NCBI GenBank assembly: GCA_973851085.1
Contig: OZ316776.1
Coordinates: forward strand, 1,860,001-1,924,000
Direction of reading: 5' to 3'
Length of the DNA: 64,000 nucleotides
DNA from: Ptychomitrium polyphyllum
Lineage: Eukaryota
Shown: piece by piece, positions 37,053 through 49,170 of the stretch
Layout: each line of letters opens with the position of its first letter
How positions within the stretch are numbered: the stretch's first letter is position 1
Position numbers and translations under genes: made by a program
The notes under the pieces: model-generated
Databases searched by the model: none
What the model was told of the DNA's origin: nothing
What the model saw: only the letters and a program-made list of their open reading frames with translations

Positions 37053-40000
37053 ATGCAGCAGCTGGGGCGATGGCTGCTGTCGGCAGCGCTGGGCGCGGCG
37101 CTGCTGGTCGTTGCGGTGCTGTGGAGCGCGGTGGGGCGCGCCAGGTGGAGAGTGAAGCCGGTGGTGGCGTTTTTCCATCCGTACACCAACGATGGAGGCG
37201 GAGGGGAGCGCGTCTTGTGGTGCGCCGTTAGAGCCATCCAGGAGATGGCGCCCGCCTTGGACGTTGTGGTGTACACGGGCGACCCCGCCACGCCTCAGTC
37301 GCTGGCTGCGCGCGCGCTCGATCGCTTTGGTGTGAAGCTTGCAAAGGCGCCTCAGGTGAATGGGTCTTTCTTTTTCTGCAGGGTTTCGTGAGGGGTTTGG
37401 GTGAGGATGGAATTTTTTTCAGTTTAAACAATGGATAAAGATTTTGGGGTTAAGGATGGAACCTGCAGTTTTTGATAATTGGATGTTTTTCCGATTGCAC
37501 TACAAGTTTTTTCTTCTGATTAATGTGTACTGAGATATCATGTTTTTTCAGTTTGATGGTAGCGAAGGAATGCAAATCTTACGGCACTTTCTGAATTCGC
37601 TGTATCTGTTGCAATGTGTTAACCATGCCTCATTGATGTACACTGTCATGATGATTGGGAATCATTTAGCATCCAAAGTCATGTAGCTTACTTATGTTGA
37701 CTCTATGTATGTCCATGTTCCTGTCGGTATGTTACGGAGAGAGTGTTCTGCGTGGAAATTGGCTCGCTTATGGAGTGTGTTCTTACAGGTGGTGAAGTTG
37801 GGGAAGAGGAAGTGGGTGGAGGCGAAGACTTATCCTCGTTTCACAATCATAGGCCAGAGCTTGGGTTCTATGATACTGGCGTGGGAGGCATTGAGCAAAT
37901 TAACTCCATTGATATTTCTGGATACTAGTGGTTATGCTTTCACCTACGTGCTTGCACGAGTTGTGGGGTCGTTCGTAGTATGTTATACACACTACCCGAC
38001 AATCAGCACAGATATGCTAGAGCGAGTCCGTAGCCGAGCTTCTCTTTACAACAATAATATCCGAATTTCACGCAGGTAGGTCTATTGGGTTTACACCACT
38101 CAATTTTATTCAGGTTATGTGTCACAGTATGGAGTTACTCAAAACGCTGAACAAGTGAAGATAATATAAGTACTTCTCAAGAATTTTGCAGCACATGAAC
38201 GGAGTCTTGCATTATGAGGGTAATGATTTGCACTTGATTTTGCAGCTTCTGGTTATCTTCAATGAAGGTGTGGTACTACCGAATAGTAGCTCAGCTTTAT
38301 GGATTGGCAGGGCGATATGCACACTTGGTAATGGTGAATTCATCGTGGACACAAGCTCATATCAATGCCATTTGGAAGATGCCTAATCGTACTATCTTAG
38401 TATACCCACCGTGCAATACTCTCACACTCCAGGTAACTTGGCAGCTTTCTAACTTAACTTTGTGTCGGATAGTATTCGAGCCTCAAATGTTAGGTCATCC
38501 AGGCAAAAGAGCCCCACCCTTCACAGAGTTCTGAGCCTGGCTAGTGTCTTAGGAGTTATGTTAGCAAGTTGAAAGCTGAACATTTGATAAGCAGGACTGC
38601 TGCCAATGCAAAGGCACAAGCACTTTAATGGAGGGGTAGGTGATTGAGGGCAGTGTGCGCATGGCTTTGCGGACGTGTTGACTGTTGCATACTCTCTGGG
38701 CAAGCAGGCGCTTCCTCTGGAACGACCAGAACAGAATCAGTACATCATATCTGTTGCTCAATTTCGCCCAGAAAAGGTGAGCAGTATATTTCAAGTTTGT
38801 AATATTTTTAATTTTTACTTTTTATTGAATTTGTTTATTTATTTTGTAACTATAAGATGCTTTCAGCAACGGGAACTTGAAAATAGTGAAAGGATATCTG
38901 AATGCGAAAATAATACCTTTTCAAAGTCTTCCTGGTGTTCTACAGCTTCAAAAAAGGATTGCATAAGATTGGATGAGCATTTTTACATCTATCTTATGCT
39001 TTGCCTGATGCACATCGTGCAGGCACATGAGTTGCAGCTGAAAGCATTTGCTTTGGCTTTAGAACAGCTTTCTCTTCAAAACACAGAGGCACGCTTGAAG
39101 CTGGTTGGAAGCTGTCGTAATCAGGATGATGATGAAAGGGTGAAGTTCCTGCGATTGAAATGTCAAGAGCGGGGCTTGGAGCAGAACGTAGATTTCTGTC
39201 TCAATGTGCCCTACACGTAAGTGGTGTCAGTTTCGGATGCAGGTTGGGTCCTCGTCATTTTTTTAAGTCAACATCCTTCTTATACACGGGTTGTTCACAA
39301 AATTGTATATTGGTCCGGCTCAGAGGGGTTGGTGGTTGATCTGGATGATAGCATCTATCATTACGTATCAAATACTCGGAACCCAATATATATATAGGTA
39401 TATTCATTACTGTTTCTAAGCGGGTCATAATATGCATGACATGGTAGCACTCTTTGTCAAGATTCTAGGGCTGACATACGGGATTAAACTAATGCATGCC
39501 GTGCTGATATTCAGTGAGATGGTGGAGCTGCTTGGGGGCGCAATTGCAGGTCTGCATACCATGACCGATGAACACTTTGGCATTGTTGTGGTGGAGTATA
39601 TGGCTTCAGGAGCTGTTCCCATCGGTAAGGGCAACATCATTTTCTCTCTTGTGATCGTTTTCTGTCCTGTGGGAACTTGAACTGGTCACCACTGTCTTTT
39701 GAGAAATATTCTTATTTCAATGCCTGGAACTGTATTGAAGATTGTAATGGGGTAGTCGTGCTGACACCGATATTATTACTTACAGCTCACAATTCTGCTG
39801 GCCCAAAGCTTGATATCGTGGTCAATGAAGGTGGGCATCAGACAGGGTTTTTAGCTACAAGTGTCTCTGAGTTTTCAGATGCTATATGTCATGTGGTTAC
39901 AATGCCGGCTAATGAAAGGATGGAGATAGCACAAGCAGCGAGAGTTCGTGCTGCCCGCTTCTCTGAGTCTAAATTTGATTCAGCATTTAAGGAAGCTATA

Positions 40001-40054
40001 AGCCCCATACTCGAGGAAGCGATGAGATGTGCTGGGATTATCAGATCTAGCTGA
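37053..40054 (+). CDS. ALG11: GDP-Man:Man3GlcNAc2-PP-Dol alpha-1,2-mannosyltransferase, 7 exons, 472 aa
   Basis: Exons 37053-37355, 37789-38075, 38246-38432, 38708-38776, 39023-39216, 39515-39624, 39786-40054. N-terminal TM segment, [68 protein letters not shown]. Confidence 0.96.
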
Positions 40055-41173
40055 GGAGGAAGTAGGCACTGAAGGCTGCCGTGAATGTAGGGGCTATGGA
40101 TTCTTTGTGCATGATTTTAGCATCCATTGTTTGAACCTTGTAGCTTCCCATATTTGGGACTATGTATAAAGAGAGGACGGTAGGAGACGGACAATGCTGG
40201 TTGCTATGTAGAGTGCAACATATAGCCTTCAAACCGAGAGGATTGTACCTATTATGATGTGGTAATGAAGCGAAAGCATGATGGAGAGCTTTAATGCTCA
40301 AACTGGCTCAATTTCGGGTAGATTGCTGAATTTCAGTGACATCTTCATGCATGTATTTTTACGTGTAGAGTCTTTACAGAAATTAGCATTGGAGGGGCAA
40401 ATGAGTTTTTATTGTATTGGAATAATACTATGCAATAGGATTTTTCGATTGGTTATTGCTACTCAATAGCCGTAGTTTCAAAGTTTCTAGTTGGTTTAAG
40501 TGTACAAAAGAAAAATTCTAAAGTTGGTCCAGAGCATTCTTTAGAAGTTAAAGAAACTCAGCTTCATATTTGCATTGGGATTGGAAATTTAATAATTAAA
40601 TAGTGATAATGCATGTGGCAACAAATCAATGCATGTGGTGCACCAAATTTGTCATATGTTGTGGGCTACATTATTAATGTTGCCCACAATATTATTTATT
40701 TTCATATTTACTCAAAATATGAAAACTTATGAAAAATTATGAAGTAGCTTATAACCTCCTTTTTAAAAGTTGGTATTGTTGGCAGTATTAATTTGAACAC
40801 ATTGTATTTAATCATTTATACATTTAGAAATGGTGATTTTAGTGAATTGGTAGTTGTACTTAGTGAATTGTAGTCATGGATGGTCTCAAGCTTCAATTAA
40901 ATACATATTTTAAGAAGGTTTATATCTTTAGAGATGGAATTGTGTTGTTGGACAAGAGTTCAAAGATATTCTTAAGATGTATTATATCTCTAATACATTT
41001 TTAGTATACAAGTTACATTTGTATCATTTCAATATGAATACTCATGCTTAAAATTGTTACATTGCAAATTTGAAATCATCTTATTTACACCTAACAAAAA
41101 TCTACTCTGGATTAAGATAAATTCTGTTCAGAAAACATTAAAATGTAAAAAACATATAAAAACATAAATGATG

Positions 41174-42518
41174 TTATTCTTGTATTTGAGAATCGTTGGT
41201 TTCTCCACCGTCAAAATCACTCAATTTCATATCAACTTCAAGTTCTTTGGAATCGTCTTCTTCAACAACTTTAGTAGTCATAAGTTCCATTTCATCGTGA
41301 TTGGCACTGTTTATTTCATCATCTTCAAAATTCCCATCAGCCTTTGTGTCTTCAACTTTTGCTTCTCTGACGACATTGCTGTTACAAAAACCACCAGAAG
41401 TTCACCAGTACAGTATCAGAATATGTAGTAATGCTGCATATACATACAAAAAGTATACAAAATCACATAATTTGCTAAGAACAAGCTCTTTCATATCACT
41501 TAGTACCTTTCCTCAATAATGTTCTCAGCATCATTTGTCCTTCCTTCTTCCTTCGCTGTATTTTGTGATAAGGGAATTTTTGAATCCTTGTCATTGACAT
41601 CTGAATTTTCCACAAATGATTCGAAGCCTTCTTCCAATAAATTGTCTGTGCCGACATTTCTTATAACTGTCTTTGCATCAGCTTTCTTATTGTCAAGTTT
41701 CAAGGCTTCAACTTTTGCATTAGCATTTGTTAATTCAATGTCTTTTGCTCGAAGAATCTGCTTTAAATCTGTAATTTCCTTTTCCTTTTCCCCTCTGTAC
41801 TTTTCTTTATCTTCCTTGCATGTAGTGTGATAAATCTGGCGATGATTCTCCAGGTCTTTTACTCTACGGATCAGTTTTTCTTTTTCTTCCTTTGCTTGTA
41901 ATACACTCTTCTTTGTAGCTTCCAGCAATTCCTGGATTAATTAAGGAACAATTCCCATGATACCAGATGCAGAACAGAGAATGTTTTTTTTTAAACGCAT
42001 GGTGTGAGTGTCTTTACATAATTGCAGATTTGGTGACAACAGCTTTCAATAGTTATTTTAAGAGAAGTAGAAATTAATGTAAAATCACTTGGTCTTTTTC
42101 TATTCATAATATTAGGAAGTTATCCTTTTTGAAGAACTCTTGCTGGTGATGTTATGTATTTTGTGAAAGAAAGTTAATGAAGTCTACATGTTTGGAATAT
42201 TATAGTTTGTAAACACTACTATTATTTTAATCTTTGTGGGCTATAAAATTCGAAAATTTGCACAAATTCACGTTGATTGATATTATGTAATTATGCCTTT
42301 TATAAGTTGTACACATAAAAGAATTGGATTGGTTTTCAAATAGAATTTAAATATTGTACCTCATATTGATTATTGAGATTATCAATTTCTTTATATTTAG
42401 CCACCAATAGAATTGTTGAATTCTTGCGTTCTTTAAGAGTTTGGAAACTTATAAGGCCAATGGTTGCTAATGTCATGACAAGAAAGATAACATATAAAGA
42501 CACCTCCCTTCCAGCCAT
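41174..42518 (-). CDS. Uncharacterised signal-anchor (type II membrane) coiled-coil protein with acidic tail, 3 exons, 262 aa
   Basis: Exons 42360-42518, 41507-41931, 41174-41378 join in phase with GT-AG sites. Protein: MAGREVSLYVIFLVMTLATIGLISFQTLKERK...ELLEATKKSVLQAKEEKEKLIRRVKDLE...SNVVREAKVEDTKADGNFEDDE...SQIQE*. Confidence 0.72.
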
Positions 42519-44838
42519 TATAATTGTAACCTTTGATCGACTTTCTTCCTTCCAAGTTGTAATATGAATTCACCATTTATTAGTTATTGCTTTCAAAACA
42601 AAATTAACAATGTACATTCTAAAAATGCAATAAAATTATAAACTTTTTATTATTAAAAAGACACCACCATTTTATGAAAGAAAATAGAATGAAAAATGAA
42701 AGTAAAAGGGAAAAACTCTAAAACTTGTGCAAATAATATATTAATGTCAATGTATAGTGAATTATTTATTTACATGAATTCTATATAGATAAAATTTGTA
42801 GAAAAGCCTAATATTTTCTATCTTTCATTATTTATAATTAATGCAATTTTCATGAAATTTATTTGACAAAAAATTCATTAATTTGCAATAATAAAAGACA
42901 TCAATAATAAGAATAATACAAAAAACATTTATTTTAACTTGGAGATGGAGGTTAAAGTTTTAAAATTATCAATTTTAAAATTCTAGATAATACATATAAT
43001 AAAAATCATTTGTTTCTTAAGAATTACAATAAAAAAAAATAGATGAAGAAAAAACACATTGTTCTTTGACAGTAGAACTACCTATACAAAGTAGTTTTAA
43101 CATGCTACAAATCCTTTAAAAGACTCATAAATAATAACAAAGTATACAAAATACAATGCATTCTTAATTGATTATGTTTTCATTTGTAAGTATTGATAAT
43201 GACCAAATCAATCACTTTCATGGTACAAAAATTGTTAAAATGCTTTAAATTATCATTCATGGCCAAAAAAATTAAAAAATTATTAATCAAAATATTGAAT
43301 ATAAAATGAGTCAAATTTTTTGTAAGAATTCTATTTTTTGATTAAATAAGTTCAATAAAAAAAAACACATTAGTTTATTAAATTTTTTGGAGACATCAAA
43401 CTTTAACCATCCATATATAAATAAGTCATTTTTTCTATAGCTAGCTGTTTGATTGTAAAGTATGGAAAATGATTATTTTTAATTATTAATGATATTATTA
43501 ATTTTTTAATTATAATTTTTATGATTTTGATTAATTTCTTTGAAAGGATTCTCAAACCCATAATGGATGTTTTTTTAATTTTACATGTTAAAAGAAATAT
43601 GAATTTAAAGTCTATGTTGATATGAATATACAAATTATTAAGTTTATTATTACATTTGAAAACATAGTCATTGAATTAATAAATGAACAAGCTTATTTTA
43701 CTACATTATTTAACAACTTTTTTCACATTTTTGGACATAATTCAAGTTCTACTATGATAATGGAATTTCAATTCTAAAAAAAGTATTTAACATATTTTAT
43801 CATTCAAATCTTTATACTTTCTAATTTTCAATGTAAAACACTGAGGAAAGATCATTTATCAAATTACTCATTTTGTCATAGAAATAAATTTGATGTTATT
43901 ATAATATGCATATCAATAAATACTATAAATACAAAAGTATATAAAAGTTAGTCAAGTCAAAATTGACATTGACTTTAGTCTAAAAGCAGCCTTAAAAAAT
44001 GAGGTTATGGATTTAAGCTCCCACCAAAAATTCAAAAAGTCACCTCATAAAGAGTATCCTATTTCAAACACTCCAAATTCTAATCAAAATGCTCAAAAAT
44101 TTTAAATAAAACTTATTAAAGTTTCAAAGTTCACAAATTTTGATACTTACTATTCATAGAATTGGTGGAATTGTAAATGAAACCCAAATGAAACCTAAAA
44201 CTTAAAATCTACAACTTTCGTTTATACATTCTTCTACACCAGGCATTAGTGCTAATTTTCCCATATGCAAAGTCCAATTCTACTTTCTACCACCAAAGGA
44301 CTTTTTTTTGTCTAACAAAATCATGAAACAAAGACTCTGCTCCTCACTCTGGTTCCACTTTTATTACAACTTCAGAACCATAACTTTTTGTTCCCACTTT
44401 TACTTATACATTCGATAGCACTAAGTTTAACTACCGGTAAATGGTTACAGTAGCAGCTGACAGGGCCAAGTTATAGCACAATTATCAAGAGGTCTCAGCC
44501 ATGAACTACCGTAGTTGAGAGCATGGAACAATCTTCAATCCATAGCAACTGGTTAGGATTCTGAGTTTGCAGCTCACAAAATGAAACTTATGTCACGTCG
44601 TCAATAGCATCTTGCTCCAAACTTCGCACTGCTGGATCACAAAGTGGCCTACTTCCTCAGTTCTTACTTTCAAACTGACACAGGGCATGAAACACTCATG
44701 CACACAAGCCTGTATAGGACATCAGCTTTATCATTTCCCCTCATTTAGAGGGCTTCAAAGGAGAGAAACACATGGTGTACGATCAACAATAGTGTTCATA
44801 TAAGAGTCCAGTTTTCTCCTCGAAGGACTTGCATGAAG

Positions 44839-46739
44839 TTAGCGAGGAATATACAAAATCTGCGAGTATAGCACGCAGTGTTCAGAACGTTCCGAACTGC
44901 CTAGCAGCACAAGCAGTGTCAACGTTTGTCCTAATTGATGCATGAACATATCTACACGAATTGGTAATCATAGCCAATGGTGTCGGATCTGCACTTTCAT
45001 GAAGATGGATGTCTAATCTGCCCCCTTGAGTCTCCTTGAACCTGCGGTCTTACCTGCCTCCCTAATGGCTTCTTCCTTTTTACCTTTGCATTGGGCCTAC
45101 TCTCTTCATCGCCAACTGCTGCCTCGATTAACGCTGCCTTGCCATTGTTGGTGCTCAGCTCCTGCATCAATTGCTCTGCCATATTTTCCCACAGTTTGCG
45201 TCATAAATTGTTTAATATCACTGCCTTCTTTACAACAACAAAGAGTGAGGCCTACTCATGCTCAGTTATCAGCTTAACGGTGCACTAACAAAGAATAAAT
45301 AAATATAGTTATAGGATTAGAAACCAAAATCTAGTACATAAGGTGCAACTAGAAGAGAAGGTTTGCGTCCACAGAAGCAGAACTTGCAATATCAAGCTCA
45401 AGAACAAAGCTGGGTAAAATTAAACAATGCATATCTGGCAAACAATCTTACCTTCAATGACTGACCAACTCTTCTTCCCTTCCATAGTTGACCAGTTCTT
45501 CCTCACAATCGTCGCAAGCGACCTTGCATCCACATAGTCCTCCCTTCGCAGATGTATGTGCTCAATCTGCTCCTCAAAGGGCAACGTCAAGAATAAACAT
45601 CTCGTAGCTTCTTCATAGTCCTGCTTTTCGAGGTACGCTTCAAGAACAACGTGCCATTTCTCCACTAGTGCAACTCTTTCGGGTGTCTTCAACAGCAACC
45701 TTCCATCAACGACCTCTTGATACATCGTAAGCACAAGCATCGTCATACTGAACCCCTCATTCTTCACGGTTTCGTCTCGGCTGAGCCCATTGTTAAAACG
45801 AGAAGCTGCTGAAACGATATAATCACGAAATGTTTCTAGATGCAAGAGACATTGAACCAACTCCTCGCCCACGCCGGCATTTAACAAAAGATTCAATATC
45901 CAACACATATCGTTTATGTGCTCTGAAAAGTCCTCCACTTCAAAAACCTCCGAAACTTCTAGACAATTCGCTTCTACTTCGAGAAACTTCTCCTTCGCCT
46001 CTTTAGTAATGATCGAGACTAGAGACTTCGCAAACTCAGAAGAACATGTGTCGGGTCGAATGCCCTCTATCAACTCCTCTATAAAATTGCGAGAAAACTC
46101 CAGAGAGCTCAAAGGATCCCAAAACCCTAGAGCGCTCCGTATACTCTGCTGTATCATGTCGCACATCTTCTTATGACATTCCTCTTCGACTACCTGCAAC
46201 CCTAACCGGCTGACCAAATCCTCCGCGTGACTCTTCGGGAAATCCGGAGAAGCCGAGTACTCCCTGATCCGCCTCTCATCCTCCTCCGACCAAGGAATCG
46301 CCGACAAATACCGCGAAATCATATCCATCAGCTCGTGATACTCGATTTGCGAGGCGACTTTCAGGAGCTCAAGGCTATCTTTCACATCACCAAAATCCTT
46401 CCGAAACGACGAGTACATTCGAGAGAAGCAGTCGGTATAGCAAGCAACATCGGCATGTACCTCGAGCGCCAATTCAACCGCTGCAGATCCCGATCCACTC
46501 GGCTTCCGCCATCGCTCGCTCAAGCACGTCTCGAAGTACTTGGAACACCGGCTCAGATGGATAGAATGCACCTTCAGAACCGCCAGGGTTTCCTTCCGGA
46601 GGTCGTCCTCTTGGTTCCCGTTCACGCTCAGCCCGTTCCGCTCCAAGAACACCGTCACATCTTGGCCTTTGTTGAGGCCCCCGCACCACATGAGGCCGCC
46701 ACTCCACACCGTCACCTGCTGCTCCTCCATCTGCTGCAT
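44839..46739 (-). CDS. BTB/POZ domain protein (plant At3g05675-like family)
   Basis: Large exon 45452-46739 (DVTVFL...LKVHSIHLSRCSKYFETCLSERW...LLKVASQIEY...YLSAIPWSEEDE; LFLTLPFEEQ). Probable small 3' exons 45054-45175 and 44839-44859 are less certain; the unspliced ORF stops at 45420. Confidence 0.8.
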
Positions 46740-46770
46740 CCCGATCACTTTACTTCCTCCAGCTCCACCA

Positions 46771-47122
46771 AAAGAGCTCCTTAGCGGAAATCCCAGCCAC
46801 CGACGCTTCGCTGTGTCAAGCCTCTCTATCTGCAAACTCCATCAAACAATCAAATGATCCTCGATGCTAGCACGCCAACGATCCACGCAGGAACACCGCT
46901 CCTCTATAAACAAACACCACACCTCACAAAAGAGCTCCTCAGCAAAAACCCTTGCCATCTCTCCTCTCTTTCAAACTTCTCTATCTGCAGGTCCAATCAA
47001 CCAATCCTCATTCACAACGCTGCTACTCTGAAAACAAACACCACTCCTCTCAAGAGAACTCCTCAGCGAAAAAACCTACCAGCTCTCCGTTTCAAGCTTG
47101 TCTGTTCACAACCTTCAATCAA
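46771..47122 (-). repeat. Three degenerate tandem copies of an acceptor + mini-exon-like unit upstream of the BTB start
   Basis: Shared core AAGAG(C/AAC)TCCT(T/C)AGC..AAA.CC....TCAA(G/A)C..T.T..CTGCA near 46771, 46928 and 47052; the repeat period of copies 2 and 3 is about 124 bp. Confidence 0.6.
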
Positions 47123-47956
47123 AACATTAGACAGTCTAGCTCGCGAGCGTTATAGCCTCTTTAGTACCACCGCCGCTAGAATCACGCTAGCTTCTCTCTC
47201 CTCGATGAGAAGCACTAACTCCTGATCGGTTCACAGCACCCTCGCTGCATTCATGCTGGTCTGTAGGCAAGAGCTTCTCTCCCGCCCTCCCTCTCCTCAG
47301 AGCGAGCACCACTCCCCGTAACAGGCCGGTCGTCGGTCCAGAGGTTGGGCCAGCATACGAAGATCCTGCAGAGGAAAACCTAATGGTGGTGTGCAGTGGC
47401 CGGAGAGAGGCTGTGAACGAGGGCCGGGGCTTTCTATTTCAGAGGGCGTTCCTTGCATGGAGTGCATGCAGCTAAAGGTCACCGCTGAATAAACATGGAC
47501 GTTTGCAGCGCAGGTTTCGTTCCTGCCCCAGAATCGCGCCAAGAATGCAAGATCACTGCACTGCAATGCGCGGTACAGTGCCGGGAATAGGACCGGGAAT
47601 GGTAGGGGAATGGCCGCCGATACTGCTCTCCCGCGGTACAAGTGCACTCCGTCGTCTCATGACTGGAGAGAATCTTCTGGAATCAAGTGGAATCTTCAGG
47701 ATTCTGGGAGTTCTCCCTCGTTGTAAACTCGGCGCTTATTTTCACCTCGACGAAGTGTTTCTCAACTCTGTGGGAGTTCGTTCCTGTAGTTCCGTGACAC
47801 GTTCGTCAGGGTAGGGATGTGTTGTGTAACCTGTGGAGTGGTTTTTCTAGGTTTTTTCTTCTTCTTCTGTGTTTTCTCTTTGATGATGTGTTGATGGGAA
47901 ACGGAGGACGTTTTCCAAATTGTCACAAAATTTATAGCGAGATTTTGGATGGTTAT

Positions 47957-47962
<6 letters not shown>

Positions 47963-47990
<28 letters not shown>
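47963..47990. repeat. (TA)14 microsatellite
   Basis: Read directly from the sequence. Confidence 0.97.
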
Positions 47991-49170
47991 CGTTGTAAGG
48001 AAGTTTTATTTGGAACATGACTCTAAAAATATTTGGCGACGTTGTAACGGTAGTAATGATTCCATAACATTTGTTTAGGAACCGAAAATAATTTCAACAA
48101 AGTAAAAGTATATTTGAAACAAATACTATAAAGTTTTTTTCAGAATGAAAAATTCATATATCATTTAAATTTCTCAAAATGTTTTAAAAAAAGTTCACAC
48201 TTATTTGTCATGAGACACCAATTCTTTACACATGTATGCAAGTCTCAAATGTATTTTATGATTGGATTCTTGTGATTGGGTACTCAACAATTCCGTAGAA
48301 GACTTCCAAAAGAAATCTGCCATTGAAAAGGTTGTCCGAACACCTGTTTTAGTGTAGAGCATAATTCATAGGTAAACGAAAAAATGGTAAGCATATTCCA
48401 TGGACCACTAACCATACATGGAATGCTGTGCATGCATCCATGTTGTATGGAAGCAACTCCATATTGTATCATGGTAACAAAATTTGGATTACTTAACTTC
48501 TTCTATCTGATGGATGTGATGTTTTTTTACAGATTAGACATCCAAATTGGTACACAGGTATTATTTCCTTCATTTTCACACTACCAGGTTGCCCAAATAC
48601 AATTCATGAAAGAGTGGTGTTGTGTGCAAAATTGAGTGATCCGTGTACCACTTCTGTGAATGCAAGAGGCATCAGAAAGTCAGTGGATTCTACAGAACAC
48701 CTTGTTAGAAAGACAGTTAATCTTGATCTGCTGTAAGTTAACGTATGAGTATGATAGTGCAGAAGGCAACAAGCGATCAACCCCACTAACGTCATACAGT
48801 GTTTTGTTCAAAACAAACAAGCAGGATAGTCCAATAGATGTTCAAACCATCAATGATAGACCATGCATAAAAAAACTTCCACTTCCTGACCTGTGTTAAG
48901 GTACTTACTACCCATGCTAAATGTGTTCTCGGCAGCCACTGAGTTCAGGATGACCTCCGCTGCCTTTGAGTCTGATGTGTCCAAGGAAATGTGTGAAGAA
49001 GCAATATCGCCAAGCCGGACAAAGCAGCAACAATTTGTAAAGAAGGTTCCACAACGTCCAATGTCCTATTAAAGTACATCCGCAACAAATAAATACACGA
49101 TAGAAAACAACTCAAAAACTGATCTCGTACATGGACCTGCAGAGAAGATTGATTTCTAAGTAATTAAATC

